Source: Spizellomyces punctatus DAOM BR117
Taxonomy: Eukaryota
NCBI GenBank assembly: GCA_000182565.2
Contig: KQ257459.1
Strand: one strand, 5' to 3'
Length of the DNA: 64,000 bases
Both the position numbers and the translations under genes were made by a program. Shown here piece after piece: positions 1-11,445 of this stretch (position 1 is the stretch's first letter; each line of letters opens with the position of its first letter). Under the pieces are notes generated by a model. The model saw nothing but the letters and a program-made list of their open reading frames with translations. It was not told the origin of the DNA and did no database searches.

Positions 1-3000
1 ATTAAGCCTCGCATATACCTTGCGCAAGAGATTCACATAGCGCTCTCCGTCCTGAAGACGATCTGGATAATTGCATTGCTGTTTGCTACAATCGGTGGTC
101 TCTTCCACATTGCCAGGGGCGGACGTGGCGGGATAGACAGGTTGCCCGCCGTGTTCGAACCCTGGAAACTCCCAGTCTACGTCAACCCCATCGAAATCAA
201 ACACATCTGTCCACTATCAGGCGAAACGGGCGCTTGTTGAGTACAGCTTTACGACACTTAATAGCGACAGATTGCCACGCAGACATACCCGTCCAATTGA
301 CTCAACAAAGCGGTCGATATACTTTGAACTTGTAGCCACACTCCAGTACGGACTGTCATACCAGCCACCGATAGATACGATCACTCGAACATCAGGATTT
401 GACATTTTCACTTGTTGGAGTAAATATTGAAACTGGCCGCAAATCCTCGGCTTTCCATTGGCCTTGGGTATTCTGAACGGCCCATCGAGTACTGTATAGC
501 ATGGTACTTTTCTCAGGCCAGGTACTCCGGCTTTGTTGGCGCAGGTGTCCGGTCCCTGTGGTTTGGGACAGGATCCGTCAGGATTACGATACCCAAGGTA
601 TGGCGCTACCGCCACAACTCCTGGAGCGCATTCGGGGATGTCAGCAGTCATGCATCCTGGCGACTCAAAGTTGACTTCTGGTCCTAAGATGGCACAATGG
701 GCAACTTAATCACCGTATTCATTTCACATGACTATTAAGATAGTTACCATTGTAAGCGTGGCATTCGTCGTCTGGGAGCCCACGACACATGTTCAGATCT
801 CCCCATGGATCCGAAAAGTCGAGATAATAAGAGTCGTACTGAATGCTGTAGCTGATGGTCTGGAATCCCACATATATGTGAGTTAAATGTCGAGCTTGTT
901 CCAAAAGTCGAGGAAGGAGGCGATCATCATGGTATGCGACCCTAACACCGAAATGGTTTAGGCATGATGTGGTGTTCGCATCAACCATTGAATAAAGTTC
1001 ATATCTTGGCTTACCAGTTTGGAAAGTACGAGCCAACAACACGACCTTTAACGGGATTGGGAACTTTTCTATTTAACTGAGATATCTTCTCCTCCTTTGG
1101 GTTGCATTCCTCCAGCTCTCCAAGTGTCTTGGTAAACACTGTGGACGACCCGACGATATAATCAACTTTAAGCATCAGCTAAGATATTGTATTGTCAGCG
1201 GAAGGCTAAGCACTGCAAGTATCTCATATAATAACTCACTTTGCCCGTCGTATCTCCGTTCTTTGCTCTACAATAATCGTGTGCACAGGGATCTTGACAG
1301 AACAGATCACTCTGATATATCTGAGTGTTGCCTTGTATTTCGAGAATCAAGGGCCCCTGTAAAAGACCATTTCAAAATGTACTCGGACGCAAACGCTGGC
1401 AATGGAATAGAGCTTACCAGCTGCAGTTTGGCCCCGTATTGTACGTCCCCTCTTTGGAGGCAATCGTGTGGTGGATATTAGGAAGCAGCGTCAATAAAGA
1501 CTAGAGTACGAAGATGCCAACTGGATGCCTACCTGAACGCAAAGAGTTTTAACGAAATCTCCAAAAGACATCTCATCTCTTCCAAGATATGTCCTATTAT
1601 TGGTGTACTGTATAATTTATTCACTTGATCGTTGAATTCAAAGCTGGGATAGAGGTAAGTGATTAACTTGTCCCAAAACATTAGAAAGCAACAAGACATA
1701 CCAAAACTTGAGAAATAGAGAGATATGCAAGTCGCGGACGCTCACGTCGGTAAAGGCATTTCCAGCATACTTGCAACCTTCCTCGGTACACTCGGAGCCA
1801 AACGCATTCTTGGTGTCAAGGTCCGCCAAGCACATGCCACCACCAAAGCAAGGACCAAACTGCACTCCAGTGGTAGCAAGATTTCCCCACATCGGCCAGC
1901 AACATCTAGTTTCGGCGAAGCATTCAGCAAGACACACTCTTGTAACCGTAAAGAACACTGCACACGTACTGGGCAAGAAGGCACGCATCGGCAGGGATCG
2001 GACTTCCGGTGCCTGGGTCTTTCGCCCAATCCATTAATCCTGCCTTTCCTCCTTTCTGAAGAGCCCTAAAAGCTCCAAAAAGCTTGGAAATGCCACCATC
2101 TGCCTCACATTTTACACCTGGCAATGATGGTGCTCTTGCGTTCAACGCTGTTGCGTTCCTCCCATTGGTGGCCTCTTTGATGTCCCGCTGAAAGGCTTGA
2201 ATGTCATAGCCTTGCTGCAAGGAAGCTTGCTGAATTCGTTCCGGCGTCAGATTCTTTTTTATGGCTTCAGTGAATGCCTTCCGAATTAGTTTGACGGTGG
2301 CAGCGTCTTTGAGTACGTCATTCATACGGGTCTGAAGAATTGACATGCTGGCAAGACGTCAGTAGTCATCACATGAAGAAAATGCCAGAGTCTGTACGCA
2401 GCCTACCAATAGAGTAGAGGATCACTTCCACAGAAACACTTGGAGAGCTCTGGTTCGGAATTTTTTTCAAATCGCTTGCAGTACTCGGCTCGCTGGGCGG
2501 CTTTACTCTTTGCAAGCGCTTTGAAATAAGGATCACCACTTTCGAGTTGAATCAGCGTTTCACGCCCCTTCGCCGTCCCAAGGAGTTTGAGCAACCGGAG
2601 ACCGAGAAGCGAATAGTTGGCTGCCAAGTCAAGACTCAGCTAACGCATAGTGATGAGCGAAAAGATTTATCATACCATCTGAAGGATTATTACGATATTG
2701 GGCAACAAGCTGGGCAACCTCTGGGTCATCGGCTCCCGCAATTTTGATTGTTTCCGAAAGAAGCTGAGTGTTTTGACTTGACGCTGCTTCAGCGGCACGA
2801 ATGCAGACATTTGTCATCATAGGAAGTGGTTTCTGGCAAGTGATGTGCGGATTCAGCCGTCTGAAAGCATCGGGCGTCAGCTTGTACTGTGCGGCTGCAT
2901 TGTCGCAGCTGATGGTGCTGTTGGCGGGACCCATCAAGGTTATCTCGATTTCACAAGAGGGTGGAGGCACTTCCAAACAAATGCGTTGGCCTTCACGGAG

Positions 3001-4779
3001 CACTGAGCATTGCAGCCCGTTATTTGCAAGAAGCAACTCATCCTCCGTCAATCCATTGGCGGAAGAAATAGATGAGCATGTTTCTCCTGCTTGTACGGTG
3101 TACATTTTTTGGCAGCCGGCAGTCATGCGCGAAGAGATGCAGTATCTTTCTCCTTCCTATCATCATTTTAGTGTGAGATAAAATCCAATCTGTAGCAAAA
3201 ACAATGGATGTAGACTCTACCGCCAATGGTCTATTGCAATCTAACCAGGTGTTAGCTTGCTGGAAGTCAGCCAAACGTTTCTTCATCTTTGCAGTGAGAG
3301 ACTTGCAGGTTTCTCCACTCTCAGCAAGTCCAAAGGCGGAGCAGCCCGTGTATGGACCTCGCACGCATAGACGGGTACCAACTTGAAGATTTGCACCGCA
3401 TACCTGATTAGGACCAGGGCCAAATCCGTTGAGGGCGGTCCATTCTTCTTCAGTGATTCCGGCAGCCATTTGTAGGGCGTAACAGGTGTCACCAGGTTTA
3501 ACCGTCACATACTGGATGCATGTAGCAGGTTTGCTGCCCATACAAAGCTGCGATGGCAAAAGATTATTAAAAGAACCATTCTTCAGGGCAATATTTATGA
3601 CGGTAGACTTACCGAGGCACCTACTAGCGGTGCATTACAATTTAATCCAGCATTGATCTTTTGAAACTCGTCCACTGTTAAACCATAGTTCGCAGCTAGT
3701 GATGCGCATGTATCGCCCTCTACAGCAACGTATACTTGGGGGCAATGCGACACCCTGTTACCAACGCAGAGCTTTTGGCCAATTGAGAGTTTTGTGCAAT
3801 CGACATTTGCGTTCATAGATTGGAACAATGTCCGAGACAATTGGTTTTTATCGGCAATCAAATCACAGGTGTCCCCTGACACCACTTCATACGTCTTTGT
3901 GCATGTAGGCGGCGGCTGTGTCGGCTTTGGCGGTGCAGGAGCAGCCGGTGGAGGCCAGATCAAAGGAGAAGTGGGGGCACCAAGCTTAACGCAAACACGG
4001 TCGCCTGCCTGCAAGGTGTTACAGTTCAACCCTGTAGACACGAGCACATTCAGATACTATGAGGATTACGGAAAGTAGACTTTACATCGTACCTGGGTTC
4101 ATCTTCAGCAAGTTATCCACGCTACCCAACTTGTGTTTATCTTGAATGGCCCAGCATGAATTCATTGCGCCGCCAACCTTTTCGTAATTCGCACATGCGC
4201 CAGTGCACATCTGTTGCCCAATTTGCAGTTTACCACAGTCCAGTGTCGGATTCAATCGGTCAAGATCGCTTTGTGATATTTTCGCATCCTGGGTTATTGC
4301 CCAGCAACTGCCCCCGGATTGCAATTTAGTTTGCCTCACTGTCGAGTCAGATTGTCTGGTGAGGTTCAAAGTCAAGAGGCATCAAACCAAACAGAGAACT
4401 TACGACAATTTTGCACACAGATGGGTTGACCCACTTGAAGTGTGTTGCAGTCCAAGGCAGGATTCAACGCATCCCACTGCGCCTGAGAAATGCCTGCTTT
4501 GCTCCTGATATCCCAGCAATTTTCCCCAGATGCAACTACATGATAATCTTGACATGGCTGTAAGCACACCGGTTGACCAATTTTCAGGTTGTTGCAATCC
4601 AAACTAGGATTGATCGCTTTGAAGACTTGCTCGTTGAGACCAGCAGAGGTACGAAGATCCCAGCAATTATCGCCTGCCACGACCTGCTTCGAGGCTCCAC
4701 AAGCGATGGCCGAAACAGGTACAGCAGCTGCCACTGCACCCAGGATGATGCCGAATACGACCCACTTTGATTGGGCCAT
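1..4779 (-). CDS. Secreted multi-LysM (10x) GH18 chitinase, multi-exon; 3' end runs off the left edge
   Basis: ATG 4779 starts a signal peptide (MAQSKWVVFGIILGAVAAAVPVSA). Ten Cys-framed LysM repeats (e.g. YEVVSGDTCDLIA...NANVDCTKLSIGQKLCV) follow across ORFs 4372-4815, 4082-4375, 3595-4047, 3038-3559 and 2629-3126. Manual splicing stays in frame through the middle region to GH18 motifs: RVVGSYFPNW, HLTHIYVGF, DPWGD, VIVSIGGW and catalytic FDGVDVDWEFP (195-163). Confidence 0.9.
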
Positions 4780-5499
4780 TGTAAGAGGCTGCTGGCAGAA
4801 TACATAACGATGCACATCTTTTTATATGGATAAGGCTGAGCAACTTTCTGACTAGAGTTGCCCGTCTGGAAGCAGTTTTGTTTGCGGCAAAAAAAAAAAA
4901 AGAACATTGCTTAAATGATGATCCTTGTCATCGTGGAGTTGGGAATGCTTCTTGAAATTGTCGTCTACTGCCATGGTCAAAGGGCTGCGCACGACCAAAA
5001 GACCCACAAGATGTACAATTCCAAAGTATAAAAAAGAGCCAGAAAAAAACCTGCGGGCAATTCAACGTTCAACGTTGCGAAAGCCCCTGAAAAAAGCTGC
5101 TCAAGAGATGGAGAAAAATGAAATTGCAAACCCAGCCGTTTGTAAGTCCTTTCTTGGTTTGCGACGATGGCAGCTTTTTGCTGCTGTGCACTACTTTAAA
5201 ATGTCTCCCGCCGATACCTTCCGTGGTCTAAACCATCCCACGAGAGTCAAAGTCAACCAAAACGCAAACTCTTGCAGACAGTTTTTTCTTTTGTCGTTGT
5301 TGTTTTTCGCCAAAAAGTCTCCGGCTGGCCAAGGACGATCAAGAAGCACTTTAGCAAAACAAGACAAACGACTGGCTGACGCGTTTTACTTCGTTTCAAC
5401 CGGGAATTTCAATCGTTTTCGCTCCGAGTGTTCCTCGACGGTTACCAGCACGGTCTTCATCCTTCAACGTCACAATATCCCTCTCGAGAATCCTCTGCC

Positions 5500-6224
5500 A
5501 TGCTGTACGGGCAATTGCCTTTTCATATATACCTTACATTTGCGTATAATCCGGATAACATGTACCGCAAGGGCATGTATGCAATAGACGCTGACTACCG
5601 GCCCCTCTACTGTATAGCACCGGAAAAGCAACCTGGAAAATGGGGATCCGTCGTTCTCGTCCGTAAAGTTGTAGAGTACTATGATCCTGGACAGGGAAAA
5701 GCGTTTCTGGAGAACCTTCCGCCTGTTAAATTGACGAAACCTTTATACGAGGTTGCCTTTCGGGGAATGCTAAAGGCCGGGTGGAAGTTCAAAAACTGCC
5801 AGACAACAGAGAAGATTGAGATTGTGGCAATGAATAGAAAACGCACAAATGCTCTTTACATTCCGGTAAGTTGACGGTTCCAATCAATGATAAGTACAAA
5901 CTCTAAAGCTCGTCTATTACGTAGGATGCCTACGCAGATTTTCAATTGAGGGACGGCTCTCGATGGCAACTGGAATTGCTACAGCAGGGATTGACTCGTA
6001 TTAAGATATCCCTTAACAATGCTGATGGACTCACGCTAGTAGCAGAGGTTCGGAAAAGTTGCCCTCACCGACCACCTGATTGGAAGTTTGGATATGGAGA
6101 TTTCATTCTCCTGAGGCCAGAACTCGTTCCATCCCCAGACGTTTACGATTTTTTTATAGCCGTCTGCTTGCAAATTGTAGATGCTGACGTTCCTCATGAT
6201 CTGTGGAGACAGCTGAATAAGTAA
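5500..6224 (+). CDS. Hypothetical protein (~220 aa, 2 exons), possibly tubby-C/LURP-like beta-barrel with a C-terminal helix
   Basis: ATG 5500; intron 5866-5924 (GTAAGT...TAG) joins ORFs 5428-5874 and 5946-6224 in frame. Beta-strand-like pattern ends in a hydrophobic helix (VYDFFIAVCLQIV). The fold call is an impression only. Confidence 0.65.
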
Positions 6225-7618
6225 AGTAGGCAACATCCGCGTGCCATTATCCTGTAGATAGAGATTGAAGTCGGATGGGATAGAGAGGATATCCAACACT
6301 GGCTCTGAGGGTCCCTGGCATGAGATACTCTCCGCGTATTGGATCTTGAAAAGCCAAGACTGATTGCTGTGAAAGACGTGCCAAAGCGGAGATGTTGGAT
6401 CTCCAAAGGGATGATTGGGGGCGATCCCCTTATTACGAAACAGCTGCTGGACATGGCGCTGGCGCTTCCAGTCGCATTCATATTTTGGGCTCTTGGGGTG
6501 ACGGCGTCAGGTTTTCACTGCCATCGGCTTCATAGAACCTGCAGTGGTCCGAGGATGTATTCTGTGATATTCGTGGTCACCTTGAACCCAAGATATAGGC
6601 AGCTGACCCTGTGTAGGAGAGAAAGTCATTTGCAGAAAGAGTCGAATGTAAGATATAGCGCTTTAAGTTGGCTAGCAAAGAAGATGAGCTTGCCCAAATT
6701 GCCTCAATACAATTGTCGCAATAATACAAAGTCCTCAGTCTAAGCGCCAGTGCAGCCCGATAATCCACATCTTGATTGAGGGAGCAACTTCTCGGATGCA
6801 CTGGGTCATGAATTATTATAAGAAAGAGAGGATAGAAAAATAAATCTTCATTCGCACTCATTTTGTTCCACGGCTTCAAAAAGTGTGTTTGCGATAACAT
6901 CATTGCCTGAAAATGGCCCCTCCGTCATACTGCCTCTTGAAATGATCCGGAAATGTTGGAAGCAGCTTTAACCAATACTGCTATGAAAATATAGCGATTA
7001 CAAAATATCAGGGAGAGCAGGACGAATGTCACGGATTCATGATACAGATCCTATTCTGCATGCGAGCGTGAATTCTGGCCTTTGGGAACTCTGTTCAGGC
7101 ACTTGTCCAGAGTGATGACTTGGAGTGCGCCATATTGTGTAGTATGTGCACCAGAAACAAGCTACGTTACGTTAAAGCGCCAAGCGGGAGAGACATGCTG
7201 AACGCAACATCGACCTAAAACCTGAAATCTGAACAAAAATCCACCAAAACGTGGAGCAAAAGTGTGTAGAGCCAAGTGGAAGAGATGCAAGGAAACAAGC
7301 GACGGAGAAAGAGTTGTTCAATATTTATTTTGCTACCAGCCATACAAGTTCGTATTGGTCCCCCCCACTGCATACTTGTATCGTGTGGATCTGCTTGCTA
7401 CAGTGTGAACAAATAGCCAGCACCCTCGCATGGGTTGGTCATTCAACCTGTCGCTAAATAGATAGCAGCAGAGGGCAACGGAGGGCTTTTTGTGGATAAT
7501 AACTTTTTCGATGACTCGTGGTCAGTTAAATAAGGTTTTTTTTCATTTTCATTTGCAACTTAAATTCTGGGGGCAAATGGGAAATGGACACGTTGAAATG
7601 CAACAAAGGAGTGTGCCA

Positions 7619-7625
7619 TGACTCA
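7619..7625. promoter_or_regulatory. AP-1/Gcn4-type bZIP site TGACTCA
   Basis: Exact consensus about 115 bp upstream of ATG 7741, followed by an AT-rich TATTTAAA. Confidence 0.3.
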
Positions 7626-7740
7626 GAGCGCGATAACGAAGCCAGTTATTTAAACCACATCTCAGTTTGTTTCCTTTGGACTTTTACATATCTATCAAAC
7701 ATTTGAAAAGCATTCCTCAAATTTCAACTATCACTTTATC

Positions 7741-8565
7741 ATGCGTGTACTAGTAGTCGGCGGAACAGGAAACGTTGGAAAGCTCCTTCTTCAACAATTA
7801 CTAGAAAGAGGTGTCGAAGTACGGGCCATTGTTCGTTCCCCCGAAAGCATTCCTGCTACAATATCTGGCAATCCAAAACTATCTTTGATTGAAGCAAGTT
7901 TGCTGGATATTAGCGAGGATGAGTTGATCACTCACATCCGAGGGTGTGACGCTGTCATGTCGACCCTTGGGCATAATATGCACCTTGGTTCTATTCCTTT
8001 TCTTGGTACGCATGCATATACTTATCGCTCGTGGATTTGCGTGTATTAACCTTATTCAATGTTGGTTTATGCAGGAATCTGGGCGGCACCCCACGATTTG
8101 GTTCTGAGAGCTTCAAAAAACTTGTGCGGCGCAATTGAAAAAATCCGACCAGAAACACCCATAAAATTCATTCTCCTCAACACGGTTGGCGTCACCAACC
8201 CAGCAGGAACCGACGTTGGAGTGAGAAGCCGGACTGAGAGGGCAATATTCTGGACGCTCGAAGCTCTGATTCCTCCACATAAAGACAATGTCCGTGCTGC
8301 CGAGTACATCAACAAAGAGATTGGAACAGGAAATCAATTCATTGAGTGGACCGCTGTTCGCCCTGATGCCTTCATCGATGGAGACGTTAGCGAATACACC
8401 ACCCACGAATCAATCCAACATTCCCTTTTTGACGTTAACGACACCACAAAAGCAAACATTGCCCACTTTATGGCTGAATTGGCTACGAACCCCGAAACAT
8501 GGGCTACTTGGAAGGGCAAAATGCCAGTGATCATTGACGCGAAGCAGAAAAAGCAACATCAGTAA
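7741..8565 (+). CDS. NAD(P)H-binding atypical SDR (NAD_binding_10 / flavin-reductase-like), 2 exons
   Basis: Rossmann motif VLVVGGTGNVG, then RAIVRSPE, GCDAVMSTLG and EWTAVRP. Intron 8006-8074 joins the two ORFs in frame. Confidence 0.9.
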
Positions 8566-9554
8566 TACTAGGAATAGAGTGTACGTAGGATTTCTAACTA
8601 TAATATTATGTGCCAATCGTCACTGTCATCCCGCATTCTGTTTTGAGCTTGCTCTCCACAGGAGCGAGCACAGGAAATGCTCACCCGAGTCATTCTACAT
8701 GTCAGGATAACTTATGAGCTACCACTATGAACTGAGAGTATTCTGTAGATGTGTTACTTCACAAGTGGGATCACATCGTACGTCCTTTTTAAGTGCTTCT
8801 CACTAGCGAAGCGCCCCTCCTCGTCAATAGCGTCAGATGTCCAAGTATGCTGTGCGACAAGCTATGATTCGGGTGAGGGTTACAAGGCATCCCGATAGAT
8901 GGTTGATTCTCCATGCTATGGGCTAATGGAGAATGCCCTACAGGTTGACTGGATGGACTCTACGGAGCATTATCAAGTCAATCAGTGAAAGGCATCAGCG
9001 ATTCACATGGTTGGCACTTGTGGATAAAGGTTTTCGTAGTCATTTTGTTGCTCCTCACACCCTATGATTTCTGTCCACGACAGGGAGGGTTACAATTAGA
9101 AGATGTGGATCTTATTATCGGTGGGAATGATCCTTAAAAAAGAAGTATACAATTCCACAGAGACAACTATCCGGCCCAGTGATGACCTATATTATTCTCT
9201 TCACTTTTTGCCGCAATTATCTTTTAAGTTTCTGATCATTGCCATTTCTACAGATTTCTCAATACAGGTAGCTCAGTTATGATGGCTAAACTAATGACTT
9301 TATAACATGCTTAACAAATAAGATTCAATGCCACTGCCCGGGGTTGGAATGCATTGATTTCGTTTAAGCTGTCATAGGACGGAAACTTGAACAACTTCAC
9401 GAGTTCTTATCAACTGGATAGCTACAAGGAACCAGAACAAGGACGGTCATGCTTCATTGCCACATCAATGTGCGTGGCATCTCGTTATTGGTTCGCCACC
9501 GAATAACATTGTGGGACAGTGACATTGACTAGTCATTGGAAAACCCCACACTCT

Positions 9555-10839
9555 CTAGAAATCTTCCATCAAATAGCCTCGATCTTCATCCACGCCCGCG
9601 CTGGGCTCTTCACTATCAAAATATGCATCCGCATCGTCTTGCAGTGATTGATCGGAAAGGTCATACAGGGCGTTATTGTCCACCTACAGCAATCCCGCTT
9701 AGATGTGTCAACTACCAGAGCCATCCGTCATAACTTACGTTCGAATACTCAAAGTCACTCTAGCAATCAAGCAATGGTAGCATTGAGCATCTTCAGTGGG
9801 AGTTAAACGACATGTAAAGTGCGATGATTACCTCCTCTCCATCAATGAACCTAAGTCGCATCAGTGTGCGAAATTCCTCTGCTAATGCCTCCTTCTCCTC
9901 GTCTGATATTGGCCCTTCGTCCTCCCCCTCAGCCATTGTCGCTTCCAGATCGATGCTTTCGTCGACTTTTATAGCCCTTTTATTTTTCGATTCCAAATCC
10001 CTTTCCTCTTGCTGGTCCTGAACGTCCTCTTCCTCATCGGTATCAAACTCTTCAAATTGCTCCTCTTCAATCTCATGCTGGCGTCCGAGAGTTTCCAAAT
10101 GTGTGGCACGATCCATATTTGAATATATTCGGTCCACAAGAGTCATACTATCCGGGAATGCCTGCGGTGGCGGAAGATACCGACCTGTAATTAATGGCAT
10201 CAGCTGAGAATGGAATAAAATATGAAATCATCCTCGCTAGGTACCAATGTATTCCTCGTAAAGGGCTGGCTCACGGTCTTTGAAGGCATCATCGGAGAAG
10301 TATTCGTCGGACAGATTTTGATTCATATAATTGATTCTAGTGACAGACAACCATAATTGAGGAATAAACCCTTACATTAGTGTGGTAATGTTACATGTTC
10401 ACTGACCTCCGATTTCGAATCTGGGCTTTCGTCAGTGATCTACTGACACTTTGGTATTGATTCAGGTAGTATTTCACTTCATACTGATCTTTGGACAGAT
10501 TAGCGAGTAAACCAGAGTCCGGAGATTTTATTAACGTACCTGCAAACGGATGAAAAAACTCCAATTGTTGCGAACCCAAAAACTTTCCCCATTTCTCTTA
10601 TAGTAAATCAAAATCAAAAGATAAGACATGGAAGAGGGTAACAGACTAGCAGCCGTAAAGAACAGCTTTGGAGTAAGCTTACCGAGAAACAACCCTTTAT
10701 CTCGTTCTAGTGTACTCGATAGAATGGTACGTTGCAGTTCGGCTGTTGGGGGTTCTTCACCCAGACGCAGTGTTTTCAGGTTAAAGTCGGGATTGGACAG
10801 GAGATGATCTAATATTGCATGTACGGCGGTAGTATCCAT
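9555..10839 (-). CDS. CCDC97: CCDC97-like (DUF2052) protein
   Basis: Motifs GLFLEKWG, IRNRR, EYFSDDAFKDREPALYEEYIG, acidic tract, FRTLMRLRFIDGEE and DADAYFDSEEP across exons; stop TAG 9557-9555. Confidence 0.85.
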
Positions 10840-11445
10840 GTGCGAGTTTGTCAGGAAGCATTGTCATTGCATGCTCTCGCACCCATTGGCAATGACAAAT
10901 GGCTATAACCACCGTCAAGGTGGCTTTGCCACCCTCCAATGCATAGAACCGGTTGCTTACTTCAGCGAAGCTGCCGATATACGCTGACCTTCGCCGTGCT
11001 CCTCCCCAAAGCGGCAACGGTGCGGGAGAACGGAGGACTTATCATCCGGACATGCACACATAATGTACAGAGCATTCATGTGGTATTTATACCACATCCC
11101 ATGGAGAAGAGCCTCATCGGCCACGATGATGTCTGCCACGGGCCTAGTGTAGCCCAAATACATCCAGTAACTTATCCAAAGTATATAATGACGGGATAGA
11201 ACAAAATCCCAGGAATGACACACAAATACTAGCTACCATTAAACAAATTACATGCAATAAAACTCCCAACTAACACATGGACACGGAAGGAAGCGGCAAA
11301 GGCAAGACAGGGGGGTATATACAAAAAAGCGAGTCTCACCTGCCATCACCTTCCGCACATACATATATATCACCAAACTGCTGACAAACTATAAGCTAAT
11401 CTTACAGAGCAAGTCCACGAGAAGAAATGCGCTCTATCTATCGTC

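Noticed and set aside
4925-5587. 220-aa plus-strand ORF
   Set aside because: Non-ATG start, no motifs, spans the divergent promoter and overlaps the better-supported gene at 5500.
6339-6903. ORFs of 134 and 108 aa
   Set aside because: Non-ATG or weak starts, no family motifs and no convincing splice structure.
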